A stretch of 56,812 nucleotides of DNA, filler included, from Basidiobolus ranarum (lineage: Eukaryota), in NCBI GenBank assembly GCA_040143965.1. It is 2 parts of 2 records of this genome, joined end to end, with 100 filler letters (N's around TTAATTAATTAA, not from the genome) between each part and the next. Parts side by side here need not be neighbours in the genome. Positions count along the whole stretch, not along the records: positions 1 to 28,427 come from JASJQH010006991.1; 1 more part is not named here. One strand, written 5' to 3'. The notes beneath the pieces are model-generated. The model saw nothing but the letters and a program-made list of their open reading frames with translations, was not told the DNA's origin and made no database searches. Shown piece by piece: positions 1 through 12,500 of the stretch. The translations under genes were made by a program, and so were the position numbers. Every line of letters starts with the position of its first letter. Position 1 is the first letter of the stretch.

Positions 1-20
1 GACTAGCACAACAAACAACC

Positions 21-102
21 GCTGCCGCGGGGGGGCCCCCCCCACGCCTCCGGAGAGCCCGCCACCTGAACGCAGCGCCTTAGACCACTCGGCCATCTCA
101 CC
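21..102 (-). tRNA. tRNA-Leu(CAG); 5' half intact, 3' half degenerate (pseudogene or contig-end sequencing error)
   Basis: Reverse complement reads GGTGAGATGGCCGAGTGGTCTAAGGCGCTGCGTT-CAG-GT..., giving an A-box/D-arm and a CAG anticodon typical of eukaryotic tRNA-Leu, then a variable arm CTCTCCGGAG and GCGTGGG. The T-loop is replaced by a G/C run and the 3' acceptor strand does not pair. Confidence 0.7.
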
Positions 103-499
103 CACACATTTAAGGGTACAAATGTGGATATTGTCAGTGTAATGTAAAAAATTTCGAATATTACAACAAACTCAATAAAAGTTACTCAAATAAGGGGTAT
201 CAACGATATTTCATGGCTGATGTCGCGATTGTTCATGTACAATTCGGGCTATCAATCAGTGATTAATTACAGTAATGCGTTACGTTTATTAATCCAATCA
301 ATATAATAACAACATACACATGAAAGTGGAATTTAAATCTAGAAAGATGCTTATTTCGCACACCAGTTGTGACCTGTCAAGCTTATACCAGTTACCAATC
401 TTCAAGAAATCCATCACTGAGATATCCTAAACTGGCATAGTGTAAAGCTCTAGAATATGTTTAAGCCATGTTTTGTAGCTAACTATAGCAGATTTGTCA

Positions 500-1250
500 T
501 CAGGTAATAAATGATGAGGTATAGGGGAATGATGCATTCTGAAACCAAGGGATTTAATCAATTTTCCAAAGTAATTTGCATAGAAATACAGGCTTCAAAT
601 TACATCCTATATGACAAAAAACTCATGGATAAAAGTATACCAGGATTATTGAAATATTACTATTGAAGGAGAAGTTGTAACTTTTCTTACCCTAGAAACA
701 AAATATAGGTAGTTAGTATCTCATTAATGTAATCATAGAATGAGTCATACAAAATAGCAAGACAACACAAGGTATGATATTAATAATCAATTGGTCAAAA
801 ATTCAAATAATGAGTTTTACTATCAAAGAATTCATTCTAAACTTGAAAAAGCAAATATACAAAGGATTGCATCTGTAATCCCCTGCTCTTATTCTATCTT
901 GGGGAACAATGTCACCCAGACTCTCTCCTTCACTTAATCTATACCCTTTGAATAGAGGAATCATGGCTTATACAATATAATAAAGCACACAGCCATAAAA
1001 TTTATTTTCAAAACAAGTAGAATTTGCACATGATCATTTTTTCTCCAGTATTTTCCAAGTTTCCAAAACTATACTAATGTAGACCTCTACGCTAGTATAC
1101 AAACTTTCCCAAGCCTGAAATATTGAGATCTGATATTGGATTTACAACGAGCACAATCTAAGAAGAAAGATATCTTAATAGCTTGCCCTCACATATTAAA
1201 TGATATGACCAAATCAGCTCTGTACATTTCTAGAGATTGAATGATGTCCA
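500..1250 (+). mobile_element. Highly degenerate Ty3/gypsy-like pol remnant (RNase H/integrase-like fragments); boundaries approximate
   Basis: Broken frames give IEIQASNY..YDKKL (resembles ETDASNY/YDKEL), FAHDHFFSSIFQVSKT (integrase HH region-like) and PEILRSDIGF (P..I.SD.G..F-like). AT-rich and CpG-poor. Confidence 0.4.
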
Positions 1251-1252
1251 TG

Positions 1253-1277
1253 TATATATATATATATATATATATAT
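1253..1277. repeat. (TA)n microsatellite
   Basis: Run of TA dinucleotides seen directly. Confidence 0.95.
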
Positions 1278-1399
1278 TGGTTTAGGATCAGTGTGAATCA
1301 AAGCACACTTACATAGCTATATAAAACCAATAACAAAATTCTATGATTTGGTATTTGTCATCATAAAACCACTTTCTCACTTACTACAAAGTATTTATC

Positions 1400-1734
1400 T
1401 GTTAAAATATTTTGGGAGCCTGTTGGAAGTGGTTTGGAGAAATAGAGAAGTTGGTGGTTTTCACTGACTTATTGAGTTGAAAGTTGACATTTATAGTTTT
1501 GTCAAGATGTAGACAAACTAACATGTAGAATATGTTATGGAAGGTCTCAGGAACATGCGTGCAAAGTTTGGGGCCTCTGGCACAAGTTTGAAAAGCTATA
1601 TATCTGAAACCTCTAAGCCGGTAAAGATATTCAAAGTAAATTCCTCTTGGGGTGATATCTTATTTCAATATGGAATAACTGAATACTAAGCTATATATGA
1701 CTGTATAGGTGTTTAGGCTATGCTCATTTCAACA
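1400..1734 (-). mobile_element. Solo LTR of the Ty1/copia-like family seen at 29564-29911
   Basis: TGTT...AACA termini and colinear similarity over its whole length to 29564-29911 (e.g. TTGGGAGCCTGTTGGAAGTGGTTTGGAGAA, AAGCTATATATGACT.TATAGGTGTTTAGGC). No matching 5-bp TSD (TTATC vs GCAGT). Confidence 0.85.
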
Positions 1735-3373
1735 GCAGTTTAGCAAACTATTTCTATCATAATACTACCAGCCCTTGCTATTCTTAATACTCTTATTTGT
1801 CTACATTGGTTCAGTAAATATCTACTGCCTGAAGAATTATATACCTCATACTCGATAAATCGTAGAATGTAAGTCATTAATGCGTGTTATACTTTTAGCA
1901 TCTTCCCGCATAGTTGATTGTGGTTTCATCATGGGTTACATTATTATCCACTGGGAACCCAAGCAGGACACTGCCATAAATATCACAGCCATGGTTCTGC
2001 AACTGGTGAAGTAATGAACAGGCTCGAAAAGAAGTGATCAAACTTCCGGTATTTTGTGTAAAGGCCGCAATGCCACCTACTATGTGGTAATTCCTTTTCC
2101 AGGGCTGTACAAGTAGTTTCCCGGTAATTTACATATAGTATTGACCAATTGATTTAGACCATTGCCTGTCGTTGCACACTAACTACTTCTGCGACAGCTT
2201 ATGCTAAGACCATCCACCTGAGTTGACTGAAGCACTTCATAAGTAAAAAGTATATTCAGGTGATTGATGGAAAGCCTCATTGTGACTCACGGGATATTCC
2301 AAAACTGGATTTTCGCAGTTGAGGATTACTGCTAACTAAAATACAAGCATCGAAACTGTGCACCCTCGGTATGGGTGTAGTTACTGCCCTCAAATATGTA
2401 GAACAAGCCTTTTCATTTACTCAATCTACTCTGCCTTATTTCTTTTTCGCAACAAATGACACGATTGGCGGATGTGTGACTAAGCTCTCCGTGTTGCATA
2501 ATATTTGTTTAGGAGCAAGCAAGTGAAGCATCAGATGCTCGCAAATAAGAGTGTCCAACGAATGAGAAGTAGCCAAAATGGATTTATAGTCACTAAAGAA
2601 GCCTTATATACGATAGTGACATACGGAAGTCTACCGAATAAGGGTTAGGGTAGAGTGGTTGACACGAATCAACTTTATCCTAGTGGAAATATTGCACTAA
2701 CTACGTCCAGACCCCAATCTGTGAGTATTATATTTCCAACTCCAGTTCTGTGAAGCGATCATAAATGAGGGCCAGGATAACATGCATCATGCACACTTGT
2801 TGCTTAAAATTATGCTGCCAATGGTCAAACAACTGTTGTTTATTTATGATATATTACCTGACATATTACCTTCTCTGCATACCTCTTCATTTTTTAAATC
2901 GAGATAGATGGAAATGTGAGGATAGAATGCATAGGAATACCACATTGTTTGATATCTTCAACACTTGCTGTTATTCATCTATTGATGGTCTGAATTAATC
3001 GCCAGAGCTACATGGTGCAAGCTACTTAGCGTTGTTTCGTCTCTTGCTTCATCAGCGTTTTAGGAACTGCACACCAACAATGCACTATTTAATTTTATCT
3101 GCTTCATGCATGAGTAATCCAGCACCTACCAACTCTGTAGGGCCATTTATTCGTTCAAGTTTATTTATAATCAAGTTGCGTTGGAGTTAACTGCATATGC
3201 AAAATTATTATGCTACGAATCCCCACAGACCAGCTGTGCATAGGGCTAGTATCTCTTCACATAACAGTATCAAACTCTCCTCTATCATTATTATTACTAT
3301 GTCTGCATAACGACCTGTAGTTTGGAACCACTATAAATACAGCCAACATTGTGCTATAAGGTACTCACTTAAG

Positions 3374-4866
3374 ATGAAATCGAAGATCGTAGTTGAGCAT
3401 GAGCATGAAAACCTTGAGGTGGACTCGAGAGAGTTCACTATCTCTCCTTATATCGCATTCTGTGCATTTACTTGCGCATTATCTTCCTTTTCCACAGGAT
3501 ACAACATAGGCTCGCCCAACACTGTTGGGGACACTATTTCTCAATGCGATCCTAGTCAATACCCTCCATCAACTTTCCCTCCATGTTTCCCCATGGGGCC
3601 TACATTATGGTGTGGTACATTATTTCAAACACTTGTAAACTCTGCTATATCTTAACCTCTCATTTTAGGGGGTTTTCCGTTGGTATTTTCTCAATCGGAT
3701 GCCTAATCGGAGGCCTTGGGGCTGGACCAGTGGCTGAGCGCATTGGTCGCAAAAAAGCTTTGATGCTTAATAACATATTTTTCATAGGTGCCGGGCTGTT
3801 GCAGGGATTGGCACCAAATATTCCTATATTAACCATTGGGAGGTTGGTCTCTGGATTTGGTGGTGGTGCAGCCTGTGTTTTGGTTCCAACCTATAATGCT
3901 GAGATAGCCACACGTCGATATAGTGGAACTATAGGAGTAATGACACAGGCGTTTATGGTCACCGGAACCTTGGTTTCGCAATCGTTAGGTCTCGTGCTCA
4001 ATACAGTACCTGGATGGAGGATTTTATTTGCTCTATCTGGCATTATTGCAATGATCCAGGTCATTTTACTGCCGTTTTGCACGGAAACTCCCTACTGGTA
4101 TTTACATAAAGGATCTGTTCATGAATCAAAGGCAGCATTACAGCGATTTCGTCCGGGATGCATTGTTGACAGAGAATTTGAGGAGTTAAAAATGATTTGT
4201 CGGGATGATACCAAATCTCTTTCAACCAACGAGATTAATGATCAGCCATCAGGTGGACATCGGAGTTTGGGATTGCTAGAGATTTTGTCCACACCGTTTA
4301 CTCGCGGTAGGCTACTCAACGCTCTTGTAATCCATATCATTCAACAACTTTCTGGAATCAACGGAATACTCTTATATTCTTCTTCAATATTCCGATCTTC
4401 TTTTGGAGCCCAAAATTCTCTCTATGTCACAGTTGGAATAGCCGCATTGATGGTGGTCATGACTATAGTATCCAGTGCAATTATCGACAGAGTTGGTCGG
4501 AAGCCACTCCTATTGCTAGGTGATGTTACTATAAGTGTATCCTTGACTTTGCTGGTTATAGGCTCTGTTTTACACATTAATACATTGGTAATAATTTCCG
4601 TTTCCTTGTTTGTATGTGGATTTGCCATTGGAATTGGTCCAATTCCTTGGATGATTACACCAGAACTTCTCCCACCAACCGCTGTCGGAGCTGGAACATC
4701 GGCTGCCGTTGCTGTAAACTGGTTTGTAAACTTTTGTGTTGGATTTGCATTTCCATCGCTTCAGGCATCACTTCAGGGATGGACCTTCTTACCATTTGCC
4801 ATCTTTACTGCACTTGCTGCTGTGTATATAATTCTATATGTCCCCGAAACCAAGAATATCAAGTGA
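3374..4866 (+). CDS. MFS sugar porter (GLUT-like hexose transporter), one intron 3610-3668
   Basis: GYNIG, ERIGRK, GRLVSGFGGG, ETPYW, QQLSGIN, DRVGRK, GIGPIPW and PETK motifs; GT-AG intron restores the frame (TLW|GFSV). Confidence 0.93.
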
Positions 4867-5381
4867 ACAAACCATAGAGTATCTTTGCTCACTTCTCTAC
4901 GAAAATATATAGGAACCCAAGAGAACGGTGAAGCTAAAGTAAACCAATATATGTATACCTTAACTGTGTGAGTTGATCTGTACAAAGCATAATGTTAGCC
5001 ATTTTCGGAAGTAAACAAAATTGACATATAACCCACGCATTATGTCCATCACTTTTGGATGAAATGAAAGGGCTATGTGGCTGTACTTTTGAAACCAAGT
5101 CATTGGTATTATATCCAAGACATGCTAAACCTAACCACGTCAAAATCCCATAATATTGATTAAAACGGATCACACGTGAATATGGGACAAATTTATGCGA
5201 TGTATTTAGCCGGTCTCTTGATTGTACCAACATACAATACCACTTCAAGATAAACAGGAATTCTGGTGGTTTCTGAGGTGTTACTTCGCAACTTGTGATT
5301 TAACTCAGGTAAGATGATTAACCTGGACCCAGACTCACAAAGTACATATCCGGCGTTATACAAATTAGGCTCATCTATACT

Positions 5382-5441
5382 CTGTACCAGATCTACTCAC
5401 GTGGAATGTAACTGTACCAGATCTACTCACGTGGAATGTAA
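5382..5441. repeat. Perfect 30-bp tandem duplication containing CACGTG
   Basis: CTGTACCAGATCTACTCACGTGGAATGTAA x2. Confidence 0.95.
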
Positions 5442-5612
5442 CGCAGTGAGATACACATAGTAATTGGTGAGAACATATCACGTTCTCAAGTGAGACTACT
5501 CTGTATGTATTGTTTGTACTAGGACACGTAGGCAAGAGTTGAGGCAGCTTAATCAATGCAAATGTATATAAATGAGATCTCGGATATAACCAGACCTCAA
5601 TTCTCCACAGAT

Positions 5613-7083
5613 ATGGCTGCTACTGATTCAGAACACTATTCTTTTCAAAAACCTGTGAAGCGTATCGCTATTGTAGGAGCTGGTCCCACAGGGTTAATTG
5701 TGGGCAAGAATCTTTCTCAAGAAGACGCATTTGAAGTGAATATTTTTGAACGCAATGACAGTATTGGTGGTATTTGGTATGTATCCACGAATGGTTGCCA
5801 TTATTTCGTCCACTAATGGCTGTTTATCAGGAATTACTCAGTAGATAAGGGACCAGCGATACAATATCCTCAGCTGAGTGCTGGGAGTTATGATACTCAC
5901 TGTGGGCCTATTCCCTCTCCAATGTATCAATCGCTACGTACCAATTTGTTTCATGATGTAATGGAAGTTCATGGTCATAAATTCCCCGATCACACCGACA
6001 CTTATCCTCAGCATGGTGATGTTCTACGCTATTTGCAGACATATGCTAAGAAATTCGATTTGATGAGATTGATTTCATTCAACACTACTGTTATTTCTGC
6101 TAAATGGGACTCGGAGGAGGCCCAGTGGTCCGTGGAGTTAGCCACCAAGCAAGACAATCAGATAGAGACTCGCATTGAGATCTTTGATGCCTTTATCGTA
6201 TGTAACGGTCATCACAGTGTCCCTCACGTACCCGAAATCCCTGGACTTCAAGAATCTGTTGCCCAGTATCCGCAACTGTTCAAGCACTCTAGTGAATACA
6301 GAGATGCTGAGGAATTTCGTGAACAAGTAAGAGAAAATAACAATTTTGATATAACGATTCTACCTACTAAATCTCTCCTACCAGTCCGTATTCTTGATCG
6401 GAAGTCAGGCATCTGGAGTAGATATCGCCCATGACCTTGCTAAATACCCAGATATACAAGTAAATCTTGCCATTAGAAATATGCCAGGCCGTCCAGTTCG
6501 TGACTACAAATCATTTAATCCCAAGATAACTCGACATCCCGAAATAACTAGTTTCGATTCAAAAACTCGAGAGATTCATTTTATCGATGGCACCAGTGTC
6601 CCATTCCCAGATCATATAATCTTTTCTACTGGTTACTTCTACTCTTATCCGTTTTTCCGTAACAATACCCATGAAGCACTTAATGAAGTAGACGTGACTG
6701 ATGGATTCCATGTCAAGTCACTTTACAAGCATCTATTCTACGCCCCCAATCCGACACTTTGCTTTGTAGCCTTGCAAAACATCGCTTCACCTTTTGTCAT
6801 GGCTGATTATCAAGGTAAAGTAATGGCAAAAGTGTTCTCTGGAAAAGCGATTCTGCCAAATGAATCTGACATGTTGACCAGCTACCTGAAAGATATCGAG
6901 GGTAAACCAGGACCTATTTATCATATTGCGGGTCTAGGCCAGATTGATTACCTTGACGAATTATCCAATTGGGTCGATAATGCCATTCCCGTGCCAACAG
7001 AGCAATGGAGACAACGTCTTATCGAAATCAACGATATAGTACTTGAAAGACTCGGTTTCAAGACCCCTCTAGCTTTTAATTAA
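5613..7083 (+). CDS. Flavin-containing monooxygenase (FMO1-like), two introns
   Basis: IVGAGPTG FAD motif, FERNDSIGGIW, MYQSLRTN, VCNGH, HSSEYR FMO motif, IGSQASG NADPH motif, STGY; introns at about 5777-5830 and 6327-6384. Confidence 0.92.
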
Positions 7084-7515
7084 CCTACCCATGGATTACA
7101 TATTTCAACCCCTTCTATTATCAATACGTATTGTCCGATGGTGATGATATAATCAAAATTTTGCATGTTCTCTTCGTGACTCTCACGATATCTCATTACT
7201 TGTCACACCTTCTTTCCACCCACCATTGCCGAGATGGTGAGCTGATTAATAACAAATAAAAACTTCTGACAATCATACTAACAAACGCGACTTCAATCTA
7301 TCTGTGTAACAATTCGATAGGTTTATTCGATAATCGGAGTAAGAAACGAAAGGGGAAACAAAAGGATAGGTGGTAAACATTCCATGGTTAAAGTGACACG
7401 TACACCTGTACCTGTACCCGTACCTGTACTCCCATTACAAATTTCAGTAGATTATTATGATAATTGAAAGGAGAGAGCATGCAAACCAGTGCAACTCTCG
7501 TCTGTACAATATATC

Positions 7516-8625
7516 TCAACCATGATGTTTATCTCTTAAGAGTATACTCTCGGGACGACTGGTAGGTACAGAATGATGCTGAAAATCATGGGCTTCATCA
7601 TCTAATCTTGAATTCATATTGAATTCACCGATAGTCAACTCCACATCGTTGATATGGCCAAGGGAACTCGAGTGATACTGATGGCTATGCGAATTTGTGT
7701 GGGAGTGTGAGTGGGAACGAGAATGGGAATCACTAGGTGGTGTATCAGTATACTGCTTGTCAAAATAGCTGTTATTAGTGGTTGACGCGCGTTGCTTGGC
7801 ATTCCAAAGCTGACCTGTCATCAAGCATGATCCTACGACGACTAAAGAGGTGTAAGAAGAATTAAGATGGAATAAAGAGATAAATGACAACATACCAGCC
7901 AAAATAAATAGCGTAACTCCCATATTTTCGGGACCCAAGAATATAGATAAGATTACCAGTAGAGTGGTAGAACTAGTGATTCCCAACATGTAGACCAATC
8001 CGTCGTTAGTTAAAGATCTCCATTGTGCTTGATTAGTGTTTAATTGTTGCTTTCGAAGTATTATCACAAAGATTCCCGAATAGAACACATTCATCACAAT
8101 ATCAAACACCAATTCGGCAAGTAATGTTGCTTCAGTAAGAATACTGAGACAGGTATCCTCTAGTGGTACTCGAATGAATGTCTCTTTAAAACTGGCGAAT
8201 ATGAAAGATCCAATGAAGCAACACTCCAGAAATATGTGAATGAACACCAACCACCTAGCCTTGTTCAAGGCAAAGTAGGACTTTACAAAGAGTAAAGAAT
8301 GTAGAGAGCACATTGCGATTACAAACCATGCTTCAATTAAACGACCTTGTACTGCGCAATTATCGAAAGGAGCAAAGTAGCCAATTAAAGAAAACAGTAG
8401 CAACAGGAATGCGGATAAAGATTGTAGAAAGCATAGCCAAGGTACTGGAGTAAAAGTTCCCGGACGCGCTCGTAAGAACAACATCCTAATAGCACATATG
8501 AAGTTCGGAATCATAACTACCATTAACGCAGTGTAGATGAACATGGTCACTTTTGTCATCTTAAGCATATCTTGGATAGCACTCAGTTCACTAGGTGTAA
8601 ACTGACTTGGTTGAAGGCTCGCCAT
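7516..8625 (-). CDS. Multi-pass (about 7TM) GPCR-like membrane protein with His/Ser-rich cytoplasmic tail; probable in-frame intron near 7835-7894
   Basis: About seven hydrophobic segments, Cys before TM3 and in loop 2, polar C-terminal tail; GTATGT...TTTAG intron signals. Confidence 0.6.
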   Translation of the reverse strand: MASLQPSQFTPSELSAIQDMLKMTKVTMFIYTALMVVMIPNFICAIRMLFLRARPGTFTPVPWLCFLQSLSAFLLLLFSLIGYFAPFDNCAVQGRLIEAWFVIAMCSLHSLLFVKSYFALNKARWLVFIHIFLECCFIGSFIFASFKETFIRVPLEDTCLSILTEATLLAELVFDIVMNVFYSGIFVIILRKQQLNTNQAQWRSLTNDGLVYMLGITSSTTLLVILSIFLGPENMGVTLFILAGMLSFISLFHLNSSYTSLVVVGSCLMTGQLWNAKQRASTTNNSYFDKQYTDTPPSDSHSRSHSHSHTNSHSHQYHSSSLGHINDVELTIGEFNMNSRLDDEAHDFQHHSVPTSRPESILLRDKHHG

Positions 8626-9508
8626 TATCAAGTGAACGTAAGCTACTCTATGTGAATTGTGTAGGGTATGTGGCAAACTTCAATAGAAATGAGTACTCGC
8701 TTCTCTTGTAGTCCAAGCAAGAGTAAAAAATTGATTGAATAGGATGGATGGAAAGTATCATCTGGTGATACCTCTTCATTAAATAAGGGCAACTCTAGAT
8801 GCAAACCTCAGTCATATGTAAAGTTACACCATAAGCAAGAATTGGACTTGTTGGAAAATACATCTCGTGTAGTTACTATCACAACTTTAGTCTAGTAGGA
8901 GTCGGGAGAGAGATTTCTATAAACAATTCCAGTTATATATTGATCGGCGCATCATACAATATAATGTATAATAAGTAGAGAAAGTTTAATTGAATCATAA
9001 CTACGACACGAGTCACCTCCCCAAAAGAATATTCCGGTAACCCAAAATTCATCATTCAAGAGGCAGTATTAAGTTGAAGCTCAATCCTTGCCAGTCGTGT
9101 CACCCAGAACCAGTTTCCGCCTTCAAGTGGTATTATTCTATCTCATTAAAGCTAGGTGTTCAAATAGATTAACTCTCACATTCTAGTGACTCCAAGTAGG
9201 TTTTTGGTATGTAGACATATTTCACTGCAACATATGACTACTACGTACCTTTTTTGAATTTAGTAAGAGTCATCTATCTCACCTACTCCTTTGATAACAA
9301 ATACTCGATGTTGAAACCTACTCGTTTGCTTGATTCAATTATGAACCTCACTCTAGACAAATTACGAGTGAAGTAATCTAGCCTATATAGTTCAAATATT
9401 CGTATGCATGTACTAATCTGATACATGTTAAATGGTGTGAATCTATCAAATTTATTGAATGAATGAAATCTTATATGAATATCGATATATTGTATCATCA
9501 GTTACGTC

Positions 9509-12500
9509 TCAACCCCACACATCTTCATTGTACTTGCCATTTTGTTGCAACTGTTCGAGATATTTACCTGCCTCCTCGATATTTAGTCCACCAACTTGCT
9601 CGAATATTGAGATCATCGTAGTACTGACGTCTTTAGCCATACCAGAGGCTGAACCACATAAGTAAAATGAACCCTTCTTATTGTGAAGTACATCCCAAAC
9701 TAGTGCTGCAGAAGCCAGTAATTGATGCTGAACGTATTTCTTGGGATCACCTACTCGAGAGAAAGCCACCGTCAATTTATCTAAGGTACCTTCTTCAACA
9801 AACTCCTCTAGTTCCTTGTTGTAGATGAAATCATAATCTGGCGAGCGGCAACCAAAGAATAGATATGTTGACGACACTCCTCCTTTGCTAATAGACTTGC
9901 AACCTTTAAGTCGACGTTCTTGTAAAAATCCACGGAAGGGTGCGATACCAGTGCCAGCACAAACCATGATCACAGGAACCGTTGGATCCTCGGGCAAGTG
10001 GAAAATATCCTTAACGCTGCGAACATTAGCATGAATTGGCTTTCCCGATGTACATTTGGATAAATAACCGGAACAAAGACCGGTATATTTTTTGTTTTCG
10101 AAACCAATATCCTCAGTAACTCCCACGCAAATATGAGCGATATTTTTGTAGATTTGAGAACAACTGGCGATGGAATATCTACGTTTAGCCATTACTGGCA
10201 TAGCACATAAGAAGCTTAAAAAGTCCAACTTCTTAATCATTGGGTAATTTTGAAGTAGATCCAATAGACAACGATTTTTCTTGATGAAGTTGGCATATAC
10301 TTCGTTACTGCTTTCTCCTGTTTGACACATCGTTTCAAGGTATTTCTTTTCTAATTCAGGATAGGAATCAGCAATAGCGGATACGCATACACCAATGAAT
10401 TGTCGGGAAGGTGCAGCTTGAAGATCCGCATAGTAAGTTAAAGCATCACGAATGGTGCATGGTCCCTTCAAATTTGCTGCCAAAGAACGAGAGCTTAGAC
10501 CAGAATTGGATGGATTTTCGATCTCAACTTCAAAAACTGCGTCCAGTGCATAACCAAGTGTGATGGCCACTTCTTCTACCAACTCCGAATCATTCTCTGG
10601 TGCGATTTCTAAATGGTCACCAGTATTGTATTGTTGGTCTTTAGGTAACTCGATTTCCAAATGGCGAGTGCTGCGTTTACTCTTTTCTATTTGTTGTAGT
10701 TCAATGTTTTCACGAATGGTAGATAACTCAGTTTTCTTCACATCTACCGGGTGTTCGTGTTGAGCTTGACTTTCTGGTGACAAGTATTTTAATGTTACTC
10801 CCTCAGTTGGATTGGATGAAGTGGTGGTAGTGATAGAGCTTAGACTTGTACCATCCAAACCGAAATCAGCCAACAATGAGGCGTAGAATCTAGCTAGCCA
10901 CTCTGTAAAATCTGCATCAATATCTGCATCTGCATTACCAGCACCAGCTGGGAATAATTGCTCTGCGCCCAAATATTCCAATCTGTCGTTTATCTTTTTG
11001 GGGAAAGCTTGGTATGTTCTCCACTGTATATTACCACAACCGAAAACTGCGTAGCGTAAACCACTCAAGGGCATTTGATCAACTTCCCTATGAGTACTAA
11101 TGAATTTGTCGAATTGAACGGCATTGTCAGGAGGGAGACCATTATACGTGCTGGTAATCACCAACACGATTGGTTTGTTTTTTACATCTTCATTATCACT
11201 ACTTTGATGCTTTCCACTATGAAGAACCTCCCAATCATCCAACGAAGTAACGTTAATCTCTTTGAAACCAAGATTTCTGGCATTACTCGCAACTTTGTTA
11301 GCATACTCTTCTGACAGTCCCATATTGGACCCGAATAGCACAGTGAATTTTGGAAGTTTTATATCGGCCGGAAGACTAGGTAAGGACAAAACACTTGATA
11401 ATTGAGTTAAAGGAGTGGACGATTCGGAAGGTGGTTGTGTGGTAGCCGTAGGGAAAGTGGTCCGATGACTGATATTAAAGTATAAATCCTTTGGTTTGAT
11501 AATATTACCCGCTGTAATATCATAATGTACAGGTTTATCATCTGGTAGTTGGAATTCAAACTTCTTTAGCAGCATTGCCTGTTAGGTTAATAGTTAGCAA
11601 ACCTAGCTTAAATAATCTAATTTCCATATTAGCTTGTTACCAAGATAATTTTAGCCTCTTGTAAAGCAAACTGCATCCCGATGCAGGCTCGAGGCCCAGT
11701 GGAGAATGGTAACCATGAATACCGAGATCTTTTAGATTCTTCACTGGAACTGAATCGATCGGGATTGAATACTTCAGGATCTGACCTGTAATGATAGATG
11801 CTTGTTGGAACATGTGGAGGGAAGTATGAATGTTATCAAGTCTAAATTCACATACCAAGTATGTGGGTTATGGTGTAAAGCGTAAATATTGATAGTTGCA
11901 ACAGTTCCTTGTTCGATGGTATATCCGAATGGAAGTTTGCAGTCTTGAACACAGTATTTTTGTATACTTGCAAGGGGTGGGTACATTCTTAGAGTCTCTT
12001 TCAAGACCTATAATGGTATAAGTTAAATAAGTCAAGAGAGATTCGTCGAGGTTAAACTTACCTGTGACAGATATTTTAGGTGGGAGATTTGAAGAACAGT
12101 GGGTAATTCATCATCAGTGATACCAGCGTTTGCAATTTCTTGTAGAACCTTTTGTAGAACGGCAGGATGTCTGGCTAAGCAGTACAAGCACCAAGAAAGA
12201 GTGTTTGAGGTAGTTTCATGACCAGCGATCAAGAAAGTAACTACTTGATCTCTAATCACCTCGTCAGATAGACTCTGTCCAGTTGCCTTATCACGAGCAT
12301 TGAGCATGAATCCAAGGAGATCCTTAGAGCTGTCCTGTGCTTCAGGTGAGTTTTTACGTTGAATGATTACCTATTTCCAAAAGTAAGTATGTTAATACCG
12401 ACTAGTATAATATTTAACGCAGTGCTAAATTACAGCATACATCATCTACAGTGTCCTTCATTAGTTGCATCATGCGGTCAAATTGATAGTTAGACCAGAT

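Noticed and set aside
21..102. CAG-anticodon tRNA as a sign of CUG codon reassignment
   Set aside because: The readable part has ordinary Leu-type features, and the conserved proteins translate sensibly with the standard code.
1900..3000. Short ORFs (including 2765-2998) as genes
   Set aside because: No recognisable motifs, splice structure or coding-like composition.
3025..3080. Minus-strand CTGATGA...GAAAC hammerhead ribozyme-like core
   Set aside because: The sequence between the motifs cannot form stem II, and stem I does not pair.
5382..5441. 30-bp direct repeats as a CRISPR array
   Set aside because: Only two abutting copies with no spacer, in a eukaryotic context with no cas genes.
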